DNA of 63,848 bases, the filler included, from an uncultured Methanoregulaceae archaeon (GTDB taxonomy: Archaea > Halobacteriota > Methanomicrobia > Methanomicrobiales > Methanospirillaceae): NCBI GenBank assembly GCA_964530035.1. It is 5 parts of 5 records of this genome, joined end to end, with 100 filler letters (N's around TTAATTAATTAA, not from the genome) between each part and the next. Parts side by side here need not be neighbours in the genome. Positions count along the whole stretch, not along the records: positions 27,371 to 40,715 come from CAZGXZ010000061.1; positions 40,816 to 54,003 come from CAZGXZ010000062.1; 3 more parts are not named here. One strand, 5' to 3'. The notes under the pieces are model-generated. The model did no database searches and was not told the origin of the DNA. It was given only the letters and a program-made list of their open reading frames with translations. Below are positions 31,251 to 40,947 of this stretch, piece after piece. A program made the translations under genes and the position numbers. The number at the start of each line of letters is the position of its first letter. The first letter of the stretch is position 1.

Positions 31251-33898
31251 AGATCCGGACCCGCCTCGTCCTGAGCATGGCTTTCATTTTCCTTCTTTTC
31301 GTCGTCCTGAGCATATCGGCAGTCTCCACCTCGTGGCAGGAGGGACAGATGGACCAGCAGCTGGCACTGATAGAGAAGACCCAGCTCGATACCTATGCAC
31401 TGAACCAGCTGACGACCGACTATCTGCTCAACCGGGAAGACCGGCAGAAGGTCCAGTGGGAAACGCAATACTCCACCGTTTCTGCTGATATCGAGGGGCT
31501 GAAACCAACCGGGCCTGGCCAGCAGGCACTCGTCGGCTCGATGAGGAAAGACCTGCAGCACCTGAAGGAGATATTCTCTGAAGTCTCACCGACCATCGAA
31601 ACCATGGAGTCGTCCGGCAGGGTTCAGCCCGGTGACACCTTCACCACGACGTCATGGAGCCGGATGGAAGTGAGGAACCAGGGGATAATCGCCGATGCAT
31701 CACGGCTCGCGGGGTTGGTCAGGCAGGAATCGGAGAGGGTCCGGAATGCCAGTACCCTGGTGATGTATGCCCTGCTCGGGACCATCCTGGCCATTCTCCT
31801 GATGAATTATTTCCTTCTCTACCGTCGGTTCTTGACATCTGTCGATGACCTCCGTACCGGTACCGAAGTCATCAGATCAGGAAACCTCGACTTCCGGATA
31901 CCGGAAAAGGGTGACGATGAGTTCCATACCCTGGCCGCATCATTCAATGAGATGACCGCGTCCAGGAAAAACGCCCAGGAAGCCCTGCAACAAAAGACCC
32001 TGGACCTCCAGGACGCCAACCGGCAGATCATATCAAGCAGGGAGGAACTCCGCAGGAATTATACCGAGCTCGCCCGGAGCCAGGAGGAGCTGGAGGCCAG
32101 CGAAAGGCAGTACCGTACCATCCTCGAGACGATGCAGGACGCGTATTTCCGGACCGACGCGAGCGGGGTCATCACCCTGGCAAACCCTGCCGCCGCCACC
32201 ATGTACGGGTATGCCTCCCCGCGGGAGATAATCGGGACCCCTGCAGTCAATCTCTTCAGAAGTCCTGAGGATTACTTCGGGATGCTGGGAAACCTCAGCC
32301 CGGACGGGACCCTGCACGATTACACCTGCCAGGCAAAGCGGAAAGACGGCAGCCTTTTCTGGACATCCGGCAACGTCAGGGTCAACCGGGGTGCTGACGG
32401 CAAAATATGGTCAAGCGAGGGCTTTGCCCGCGATATCAGTGAACGGAAACAGGCTGAGATAGTGCGGGAAGAGCAGTCCAGGCAACGCCAGCTCGCACTC
32501 GACGCGGCCCGCCTCGGCTGGTGGCATTATGATCCCGTGACAAGGGTCTCAACCTATGATGCCCGGTCCCGGGAAATATACGGGATCCTGGAGAATGAAA
32601 AGTCCTACGATGAAATCCTCGCGCTTATCCACCCTGACGACCAGCCCAGGATCATTGCCGCGGTCGAGGCTGCGTTAGACCCGTCTGAGCCGAAACCATA
32701 CTCGCTTGAGTACCGGGTCTGTGCCGCCGACGGGGTGAAACGATGGGTGAGGGCTTTTGGAATGGCGTTTTTTGAGAGTCCCGGCAGCGGTTGTAGCGGG
32801 GTCAGCCTGGTCGGGACGATGGAGGACATCACCGAATCAAAGAACACGGAACAGGTACTTCGGGAAAACGAGGAGCGTTTCAGGGAAATCTTCAATAACG
32901 CCAATGATGGGATCGAGCTGATCGAATTCAGCGACGACGGCACGATCGGCCGGTTTATCGAGGTGAACGAGATCACCACCAGGACCCTCCTGTACACACG
33001 GGAGGAGCTGCTTGCGATGAGCCCGGTCGATATCAATACCCGTGCCTACAATCCCCCCCTGCACGAAGTGATGAAACAGTTGCAGGCCACCGGGCATGCA
33101 ACCTTTGAGACTGAACACAGGTGCAAAGACGGGACGGTGTTCCCGGTCGAGATTAACACCCATATCATTTCATGGAAGGAAAAGAAGGCCCTCCTCTCGG
33201 TAGTGCGCAATATCTCCGAACGGAAGGAGGCTGAAGAGATGATCCGGGTTATGAACTCCAAGCTTGCCCTCATGAACGATGTGACCTACCAGGACATCCA
33301 GAACAAGCTGACCGCCATCAGGGGATATATAGACCTCTGCAGCCGGATACCCGGCGAAGAGGAGAGGATGAAGGCTACCGAAAAGATTTCGGTGATCCTT
33401 GGATCAATCCATGCCCTGATCCAGAAGACAAAAGAATACCAGAGCATGGGAGTTGCCAGGCCCCGTTGGATTGAGGTCGAACCCGTGGTCCGTTCCCAGT
33501 TCTCGAGTCTCTCCGGTAAACCTCCGATAGTTCTGGAAACTGACGTCCATGGGCTCCAGATATATGCTGACCCCGCGATTGACCGGGTATTTTATAACCT
33601 CATTAAAAATGCCGTAACCCATGGTGAAAAAGTAACCCGGATTGTCGTTCGCTGTCGTGAGGCAGGTCCTGGCCTATTCCTGACCATCGAGGACGACGGG
33701 ACAGGGATCCCTGCGGACGGGAAGCCCCACCTTTTCGACCGCGTCGTGGCGGGTGAAGGGAGGTTCGGGTTGTTCTTTGTGCGTGAATTCCTATCCATCT
33801 CCAGGATGACCATTTTCGAGGACGGAGAACCGGGAAAGGGTGCCCGGTTCACCATCACCGTCCCTCACGGGATGTTCAGGTTTTCACCGTCCACGTGA
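31247..33898 (+). CDS. TM-HAMP-PAS(x3) sensor with HATPase domain; H-box His replaced by Gln
   Basis: Two TMs, HAMP (GNLDFRI...DEF..LA.SFNEM), PAS repeats, VTYQDIQNKL, NLIKNAVTHG, DDGTGI. Confidence 0.9.
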   Translation: MKIRTRLVLSMAFIFLLFVVLSISAVSTSWQEGQMDQQLALIEKTQLDTYALNQLTTDYLLNREDRQKVQWETQYSTVSADIEGLKPTGPGQQALVGSMRKDLQHLKEIFSEVSPTIETMESSGRVQPGDTFTTTSWSRMEVRNQGIIADASRLAGLVRQESERVRNASTLVMYALLGTILAILLMNYFLLYRRFLTSVDDLRTGTEVIRSGNLDFRIPEKGDDEFHTLAASFNEMTASRKNAQEALQQKTLDLQDANRQIISSREELRRNYTELARSQEELEASERQYRTILETMQDAYFRTDASGVITLANPAAATMYGYASPREIIGTPAVNLFRSPEDYFGMLGNLSPDGTLHDYTCQAKRKDGSLFWTSGNVRVNRGADGKIWSSEGFARDISERKQAEIVREEQSRQRQLALDAARLGWWHYDPVTRVSTYDARSREIYGILENEKSYDEILALIHPDDQPRIIAAVEAALDPSEPKPYSLEYRVCAADGVKRWVRAFGMAFFESPGSGCSGVSLVGTMEDITESKNTEQVLRENEERFREIFNNANDGIELIEFSDDGTIGRFIEVNEITTRTLLYTREELLAMSPVDINTRAYNPPLHEVMKQLQATGHATFETEHRCKDGTVFPVEINTHIISWKEKKALLSVVRNISERKEAEEMIRVMNSKLALMNDVTYQDIQNKLTAIRGYIDLCSRIPGEEERMKATEKISVILGSIHALIQKTKEYQSMGVARPRWIEVEPVVRSQFSSLSGKPPIVLETDVHGLQIYADPAIDRVFYNLIKNAVTHGEKVTRIVVRCREAGPGLFLTIEDDGTGIPADGKPHLFDRVVAGEGRFGLFFVREFLSISRMTIFEDGEPGKGARFTITVPHGMFRFSPST

Positions 33899-34080
33899 GA
33901 CGAGGGATACCAGGTGGGGGTAGTGGGACCTTTCCACCCATATCGTACGTATTGAGAACCCTGAACGGTGCATCCCCCGGAAAAACGCATCCATGAAAGC
34001 TGGCGACGGGATGGTGGGCGTGCCTTTGAGCACCCCGTGACGGGCATAGCTGTCCGGGAATAGTCATGACTGCACCCGGG

Positions 34081-34938
34081 TCATGGACCGTCCTGCTGGT
34101 CCCGGGACGGGGGTGTGCCCTCTGCGAGTGCCCGCTCTATCCGTTCGAGTTTCGCTGCAATCTCGGCGTTGAGCCGTTCCTGCCGTTCCAGCGACGACTG
34201 CAGGTCCCCGGTCCTCCTGACCAGGTCCTTCATGAGATCGGCCTGTTCCTGCTCTTCCCGTGCTTCCTCGTCCTCTTCCTGTTTCGAGGGAGCAAGGAGC
34301 TTGTTCGCGATGAAACCGGCGAAGGTCGCGAATATGCCGACACCGGTCGTCATGACGAGCATGCCGACGAGCCTTCCTGCGCTCGTGACCGGGTAGCGGT
34401 CGCCGTACCCGACCGTCGTGATGGTCACGTATGCCCACCACATCGCGTCTATGGCTGTCCGGATGTTGGCATCGGGAGACTTGCTTTCAACGGAAAGCAC
34501 AAGGACCGACCCGCCCTCGAGGATGATGATGACCGCGAAGATCAGGATGTAGATCGCCGATTCCGCCCGGTTGTACATGAGGTAGTCGCGGATCCGGGCA
34601 AAGCCGTGCCGGTTTACGAGCCGGTAGGCCTTGAAGATCCGAAAGAGCCTGAGGAACCGCAGCAGGGGAAAGCACGCGAGGAGGTCGGCCCAGCCGAAGT
34701 CCCGGAAGAAGTAAAAGGTCCTCGATTCAGCCGTGATGATCCGGTACCCGAAGTCCCCGATGAAGATGAAGGTGAGGAACAGGTTGATGATGTTCACCAC
34801 GTTGACGGCATCGGGGTCCACCCCCGGGACCAGGACCAGGAACAGGTTGAAGATCGACAATACCGAAACGAGGGCGATGAATATCTCGTACCCGAGGCCC
34901 TTCTCGTCACTTTGAGTCTCGCCGGAAACCATGGACAT
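34081..34938 (-). CDS. Voltage-gated-type potassium channel
   Basis: S4 LLRFLRLFRIFK, pore WWAYVTITTVGYGDRYP, C-terminal coiled coil. Confidence 0.94.
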   Translation of the reverse strand: MSMVSGETQSDEKGLGYEIFIALVSVLSIFNLFLVLVPGVDPDAVNVVNIINLFLTFIFIGDFGYRIITAESRTFYFFRDFGWADLLACFPLLRFLRLFRIFKAYRLVNRHGFARIRDYLMYNRAESAIYILIFAVIIILEGGSVLVLSVESKSPDANIRTAIDAMWWAYVTITTVGYGDRYPVTSAGRLVGMLVMTTGVGIFATFAGFIANKLLAPSKQEEDEEAREEQEQADLMKDLVRRTGDLQSSLERQERLNAEIAAKLERIERALAEGTPPSRDQQDGP

Positions 34939-35192
34939 CCCTGACTGAGAAATCGTACGGCCCCCTTCATAGAATGTCCGGTCACGGGCCCGGGGACTGA
35001 ACAGGATAGCCCTTCTGGCGGGACTGCCGGCTTTATAAACTGGAACTTCGGTCCTGTGAATGGATCAGGACTGGAGGACCGGTGTCCGGGAGACCGTTAC
35101 GGTCTCTTTGCGAGGGGTTGCCGGGCAGTGACGGGACCTGCCGCGGACCAGTCCCTACCGTATTAAATCGGACGAGGAGCAAGGGATCAGAT

Positions 35193-36497
35193 ATGGCATG
35201 TGTGGGCGTGCGATGGCACCTGGTGGTCCTGTGTGTCCTGGTTGCGGGTAGCGGACTCTGCTTGTGTCCCTGCAGTGCGGGGACGAAGTATTTCTCCGGC
35301 GGGCCGGACCTGTACGTCTCCCTCGACTCAAGCGACGAGCTGCTCCCCGGGACCACCCTGGAGCTGCCCCTTGTCATCGAGAACCGCGGCACCATAACGA
35401 TGGAGTTCTACAACGCCTACACCATCCAGCCGCAGTACCTCCCGACGACCGCCCTCGCCGCGACCGTGAGGCTCCTTCCCGGCGACGCCCCCGTCCGGGT
35501 CAGGTCGAAGGCCCAGATCGCCGGGGACATCCCTGCCGGCCAGGTCATCCAGGCACCGTTCGTCGTTGAAATCCCGGAAGACGCGCCGGCCGGCGTCTAC
35601 ACGATGCAGGCGGTCGTCACCTACCAGTACGTGCCCTGGGTCGAGCAGCAGTCCTCTGACAACATCGAGTACACCTTCAAGGACGGGCAGGTGGTCCTGC
35701 CGGTCATGGTCTCAATCAGACGGATGGTCCTCCTGTCCGTGGACGAGGCGGACACCCACGCCATCTCCGCGGGGGGAGAGGGGTTCATCACTTTCACGGT
35801 GCGGAACACCGGGAAGGACACCGGCAACCGCACGTCGGTGTACATCACCCAGGACAGTACCAGCCCGGTCGTCCCCTTCACGAACGGCATCTATATCGGC
35901 GAGTTTCCTCCAGGGGCAACGGCCCGGCCCAGCTTCAAGGTCTCGGTCTCAAAGGACGCCGAGGCCGGGCAGTCCTATCCGCTCTCCCTGTACGCGGTGT
36001 ACCGTGACTTCCAGGGAAACACGGTCACGTCGTCCGCGGTGAGCACCGGGGTGACATTCGGTGAGAAGGTCAGGTTCGGGCGGACGAGCGGCCCTGCCGT
36101 GCTCCAGCCCGGCAAGACCGGTATCGTGAGCGTCACGTACAGGAACGACGGCACCTCGACCGTGTATAACGCCCAGGCACGGCTGAGCGTCATCGACCCG
36201 TTCTCAAGCGACGACGACACGGCGTACCTCGGCGACCTGGCGCCCGGGCAGTCGGCCGAGGCGCTCTTTTCCGTGAAGACCTCTGCGGGTGCGACGGCCA
36301 AGTCCTATTCCGCCGACTCGGAGGTCCAGTACACCGACCGTGACAACACCGTCTTCACCTCCGACAACATCCCGGTGGTCATCACCGTGGAACCGGCGCC
36401 GGGAATCCTCCTGTATGCAGGGGTCCTCCTGGTGATCGCGGTCATCGGGGGTGTGTACCTCTGGCACAGGAGCAGGAAGGCGGCGGGTCCGAAGTGA
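35193..36497 (+). CDS. COG1361 S-layer-domain protein
   Basis: Signal peptide, repeated Ig-like units (NRG/NTG/NDG, YLGDLAPG), C-terminal TM. Confidence 0.88.
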   Translation: MACVGVRWHLVVLCVLVAGSGLCLCPCSAGTKYFSGGPDLYVSLDSSDELLPGTTLELPLVIENRGTITMEFYNAYTIQPQYLPTTALAATVRLLPGDAPVRVRSKAQIAGDIPAGQVIQAPFVVEIPEDAPAGVYTMQAVVTYQYVPWVEQQSSDNIEYTFKDGQVVLPVMVSIRRMVLLSVDEADTHAISAGGEGFITFTVRNTGKDTGNRTSVYITQDSTSPVVPFTNGIYIGEFPPGATARPSFKVSVSKDAEAGQSYPLSLYAVYRDFQGNTVTSSAVSTGVTFGEKVRFGRTSGPAVLQPGKTGIVSVTYRNDGTSTVYNAQARLSVIDPFSSDDDTAYLGDLAPGQSAEALFSVKTSAGATAKSYSADSEVQYTDRDNTVFTSDNIPVVITVEPAPGILLYAGVLLVIAVIGGVYLWHRSRKAAGPK

Positions 36498-37861
36498 CGG
36501 GTGGCATGGGAAAGATACCGGTTTCCGGCCTGTTGGGGCGGCGGTCCGGTCATATCGCGGTCATGGCGGTCCTTGTCCTCACCCTGTGCTGTGGCCTTTG
36601 CCTCGCGGCCGGGTACTTCTACCTCGACACCGGGACCCAGCCCGACCTTGTCGCCCACGCAACCGGGGAGAACCGGTTCTCCCCAGGGGACGGCTTCGAA
36701 CTCGACATCGTCCTCTCGAACACAGCAAGGGACCCGGCGGTGCAAATCGAGCCGTTCATGGCGCCCGGTGTGTACGACCCGGCCACCGCCCTCGGCGTCC
36801 TGGTCACTCCCGACAAGGCTGAAGCACCGGTCACCCTGCATACGCTCCCCACGGTGGCCGGGGACATCGGTTCCTGGGACCGGGTGCCGGTCACGGTCAG
36901 GGGGACGATTAACCAGGACGCCACCCCCGGGCCCCACGTGATCCTCCTGAAGGTCAGTTACCAGTACGTCTATGCCATCCCCATGACCGGCACCGGGTAT
37001 TCGACCCTGGACCTCCTTTACCGGAAAAAGGAGCAGACGCTCCCGGTCACCGTCCGGGTCACCAGGGAGGTGAGGCCGGCAGTCCTTTCTGAAACGGAGG
37101 AGAACCTCGTGCCCGGTACCCAGGGGTACCTGGCGCTCCAGGTCAGGAACACCGGGTATGCCACCGGTTCCGAAACGGTCTTCCGTATCGTCCCAGCCGA
37201 CAACGCGACCTTCCAGGTGGTCGACCAGGGCGTGTACCTGGGCCGGTTCGCCCCCGGTGACACGGCAACGGTCAGGGCCCGCCTGGCGGTCAGGGAGCAT
37301 ACCGGTCCGGGGTCATACCCGGCGACGCTCGAAGGCCAGTACCTCGATGTCAACGGGGTCCTTACCACCACGGCCCCTGTCCCTGTCGGGATCCGGGTGT
37401 CACGGGGCGCCGTGATCGAAGTGAAAAACCTCAACCAGACCATTGCCCCGGGCGGGCATCAGTCCGTCACTGTCTCGTACACCAACACCGGCGACACCCC
37501 TGCGATGGACGCCCGGGCCCGGATCATCGGGAGCCAGGTGGTCGTCCCCGTGACGGAATCGGCGTCGCTTGGCACCCTCGCCCCGAACGAGACGAGGACG
37601 GCGGAGTTCGAGGTGTCCCTGAAGTCTCCCATCGAAGGCAAGCGGTATGTCATCGACACCGAGGTGAAGTACCGCGACGGGCTCGGGGCCCTGATGCTTT
37701 CCGACCCGCTGAGTTTCGGGGTCGTCGTTGCAGAACCCCGGGGAACGGCGTCCCTCGTCTCCGATCCTGCCGTCCTCGTACTGCTCGGCGGTGTCCTGTT
37801 GCTCCTCGCCTATGCCGGCTGGAAGCTCCTGGGGCGGAAATCGGGGCGGAAAGGGGAGTGA
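36494..37861 (+). CDS. COG1361 S-layer-domain protein (paralogue)
   Basis: Same architecture (NTG, YLGRFAPG, LGTLAPNE, EVKYRD); GTGA overlap. Confidence 0.88.
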   Translation: MTGGMGKIPVSGLLGRRSGHIAVMAVLVLTLCCGLCLAAGYFYLDTGTQPDLVAHATGENRFSPGDGFELDIVLSNTARDPAVQIEPFMAPGVYDPATALGVLVTPDKAEAPVTLHTLPTVAGDIGSWDRVPVTVRGTINQDATPGPHVILLKVSYQYVYAIPMTGTGYSTLDLLYRKKEQTLPVTVRVTREVRPAVLSETEENLVPGTQGYLALQVRNTGYATGSETVFRIVPADNATFQVVDQGVYLGRFAPGDTATVRARLAVREHTGPGSYPATLEGQYLDVNGVLTTTAPVPVGIRVSRGAVIEVKNLNQTIAPGGHQSVTVSYTNTGDTPAMDARARIIGSQVVVPVTESASLGTLAPNETRTAEFEVSLKSPIEGKRYVIDTEVKYRDGLGALMLSDPLSFGVVVAEPRGTASLVSDPAVLVLLGGVLLLLAYAGWKLLGRKSGRKGE

Positions 37862-37992
37862 GGTCCCTGGTTTCTTTTCATGGGTTATATCCTGCTGTGA
37901 GCTTTTTTCGAGGTTACTCCCTTCCTGGAAGGGAATGCTGATAGTATGTTTCTCTTCCCCCAGAAACTGACATGGGTTGGAATGGAACCGCT

Positions 37993-38330
37993 CCGGGTGG
38001 CTGCTGCCCCCCAAACCCCCTGCATGCGATAGCCATGGCAAGCCGTAAGCGGTTTTCTGATACCCGTTGTTTCTGGTCTATTTTTCTGACTTTCCTTCTA
38101 CATTAGCGAGGCTTTTACCTTCTTAAAAGGCCGTGGGACCGCCGCCGGGGCGCCCTCCGGGGGCGGCGGCATATCGTTTGAGGGATGAGGGGGCGAAGCC
38201 CCCACTAAAGGTAGATTGTTTGCCGGGAATCTATAAAGAATGGGAAAATGAATTGAAACGGATTGGACCCTGGGNNNNNNNNNNCGGCATATCGTGTGAG
38301 GGATGTGGGGACGAAGTCCCCACTGAAGGG
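37993..38330 (+). repeat. Dispersed modular repeat, copy 3 (B+C plus a second partial C; contains a 10-N gap)
   Basis: Aligns to 3967-4183; C repeated at 38285-38330; lies between convergent genes. Confidence 0.88.
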
Positions 38331-38418
38331 AGATATTCGTAGGAACTCTGGAGAGATTGTAAACCGTATCCAAAAAATCGCTATCTTTCAAGGTCACTGG
38401 TGGACGTATTCGAAGCCG

Positions 38419-40638
38419 TCACCCCTCCTTCTCCTCCCGTCCGCCGAGGAGTGCGAGGGTTGCAGGCATGACGACAACGGCCCCGATAAGCGAGAAGATG
38501 ACGACGATGACGGTCGCAAGGCCGAAGCCCGACAGGATGGGGAATGACGAGAGCAGGAGGGCGGAGAAGCCGGCCGCGGTGACCAGTGCCGAGACGACCA
38601 CGGCCGCCCCGATCTTCCTGACGGCGTTCCGGATAGCCTCGTTCCGGTCCCCGCACCTCTCGTGCTCCTCGATGAACCGTTCCATGACGAGGATGGTGTA
38701 CTCGGAGCCGACCCCGATGGTCATCGAGCCGAGGACGGCGGTAAGAATGCTGTACTCCTGGCCGAGGGCTATCATCGCGACCGGGTTCCAGCCAATCACG
38801 CAGATGATCGGGACGAGCGGGGTTAGGGCCACCGCCTTCCGGTAGACGAGGAGCAGGAAGAGGAGAATGAGGACAAACCCGATGAAGGTCATCAGGTCCT
38901 TCTTTTCCTTGATCACCTCGGTCAGGATGGTGTAGAGCGTGAAGTCGCCGGTCAGGGTGACCTCGGTCCCGGGCGGCGGTTCAAGCCAGGAGATCTCCCG
39001 TTCCACGTTGTCGGAGAAGGCGCACTGCTCGTTGATCGACATGTACTCCGTGTTGATGGTGATGACGGAGGTCGTCTCGTCAAGGGTGTACCGCTTCAGG
39101 AGGTCCGGCGGGATGGTCGCTATGACCCGGTCGAGGTCAACCTGGTTGACCGGGAGGACGCCGTTGTTGTACAGGCGGACGAGCGACGGGATGCTCGATA
39201 TGCTGTCGATCTGGTCGTAGTTTTCCTGGAGGTCCGTGCAAAGGCGGTCCGTCCACCACACCCCTTCCACGGAGAGGCCCCGGAGCCCCCGGACGTAGAG
39301 GGGGAGGGGGGTCAGGGACCCGCTCACCTCTTGTACGGTATCTGCGGCGAGCTGCGCAGGCAGGTCCGGCGGGGCAATCGAGGTCTCGGAGGCGTCCACC
39401 GGGATACCCCGGTCGAGGACGAGCCCGACGGACGCGATGACGAGGGCAATGAGGACCACCGGGACGGCGGCCTTCACGACTCTCGGGGTGAGCCAGGAGA
39501 GGGCGATGTCATACGCCACCATGATTCGGGCGGCAAAGGAGGTCCCGGGCGGTTTTGGTTCGTACTGGAGGACGTGGGCGAACGCCCCGAAGCCGAAGAG
39601 GGAGGTGACATAGCAGCAGGCGATACCGAGGATCGAGACCGTGGCGAAGGTCTGGATCATGGGGATGGGGGTGACGTACATCGCCAGGAACCCGAGCGAG
39701 GTCGCCCCGAGGGCCGCGAGGACCGCAGGGCCTGTCCGGGTAATCGTTTCAGACAGGGCCGGGGCCATCTCCAGGCGTCTCCGCTCGTCATCGAACCGGG
39801 AGTGGAACTGCACGGCGTAATCGATGCCGAGCCCGAGGAGGATGGGAAACGCCGCCACGGCACCGTCGTTTGCCGGTATCTTCAGGAGGCCCATGATGCC
39901 GAAGGTATAGAAGAGGCCGAAGGCGAGGAGGACGATGGGCAGGACCCAGAACCGTATCCTCGAGTAGAGGATGTACTTGACGACCAGCATGAACAGCATC
40001 GCGGCGATGACGAGGACGGCAAAGTTCTGGAGCATCGCGTCCTCGAGCTCGAGGTTGTACGGGGTGTTCCCGGTCAGCTCGACGGTCACGCCGGGAGGGA
40101 GCGTTGCCTGGTCGAGCGTTGCCACGACAAGCGGCTCGATCTCCTGTGAGGCGTCAGTGGAGATCCCCTGGTCGATGAGGACGTAGGCGAGCCCGGTCTG
40201 GGGGTCGGGGAGGAACATGTCCCGCTCCTGCTGGGGCATCGACATCACGACGGCGTGGACCGCCGCACTGGAGCCCGGGATAGTCCCGCCATTGCACCTG
40301 CGGACCGCGTCGGCGAGCGAGACCACGCTGCTGACACGGTTGATGCGCCGTATCTGCTCCTCAAGGACGAGGAGGTCTTCGAGGAGGAGCGGGTCCCCGG
40401 GGTCCTTCGTCCGGATGAGCAGGATGTAGGTGTCCTGTCCGTACCGGTTGTTGTAGAGGTTGTAGACGACGCCGGACGGTGAGTTCTTGTCCATGTACTC
40501 GTCGGACATCGTCTGGAACGGGATGGCCGGCATGAAGGCGACCGCGATGACGGCCAGTAGGACCATCACCGCGAGTATCGTCTTCGGGTGGCGGTTTACG
40601 AGGCCTGCAACTCCGCCAAACACGTCCCCGACCGTCAT
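38419..40638 (-). CDS. RND superfamily (MMPL/HAE3) exporter
   Basis: Two halves of 1+5 TMs with extracellular loops; GLGIDYAV and GVGSEYTI motifs. Confidence 0.93.
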   Translation of the reverse strand: MTVGDVFGGVAGLVNRHPKTILAVMVLLAVIAVAFMPAIPFQTMSDEYMDKNSPSGVVYNLYNNRYGQDTYILLIRTKDPGDPLLLEDLLVLEEQIRRINRVSSVVSLADAVRRCNGGTIPGSSAAVHAVVMSMPQQERDMFLPDPQTGLAYVLIDQGISTDASQEIEPLVVATLDQATLPPGVTVELTGNTPYNLELEDAMLQNFAVLVIAAMLFMLVVKYILYSRIRFWVLPIVLLAFGLFYTFGIMGLLKIPANDGAVAAFPILLGLGIDYAVQFHSRFDDERRRLEMAPALSETITRTGPAVLAALGATSLGFLAMYVTPIPMIQTFATVSILGIACCYVTSLFGFGAFAHVLQYEPKPPGTSFAARIMVAYDIALSWLTPRVVKAAVPVVLIALVIASVGLVLDRGIPVDASETSIAPPDLPAQLAADTVQEVSGSLTPLPLYVRGLRGLSVEGVWWTDRLCTDLQENYDQIDSISSIPSLVRLYNNGVLPVNQVDLDRVIATIPPDLLKRYTLDETTSVITINTEYMSINEQCAFSDNVEREISWLEPPPGTEVTLTGDFTLYTILTEVIKEKKDLMTFIGFVLILLFLLLVYRKAVALTPLVPIICVIGWNPVAMIALGQEYSILTAVLGSMTIGVGSEYTILVMERFIEEHERCGDRNEAIRNAVRKIGAAVVVSALVTAAGFSALLLSSFPILSGFGLATVIVVIFSLIGAVVVMPATLALLGGREEKEG

Positions 40639-40715
40639 GTCGTGAACATTTCCTCTCACTTCACCTGTATTCGGGAGATGGGTAATAACCTGATCTAATC
40701 GTTTTTTTAGAGGTC

Positions 40716-40815
40716 NNNNNNNNNNNNNNNNNNNNNNNNNNNNNNNNNNNNNNNNNNNNTTAATTAATTAANNNNNNNNNNNNNNNNNNNNNNNNNNNNN
40801 NNNNNNNNNNNNNNN
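40716..40815. other. Artificial contig linker
   Basis: N-TTAATTAATTAA-N. Confidence 0.97.
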
Positions 40816-40947
40816 GGCAGCCCTGATTTTGCACATGGCAGGAGAGAATTTCCTGACGGTATTCATACCGCTATTCATCCTCACACCTCTCCTCCTCCGG
40901 GTCCTGACCCCGTATGCCAGGCATACCATCCTCTACCTGAGGGACTC

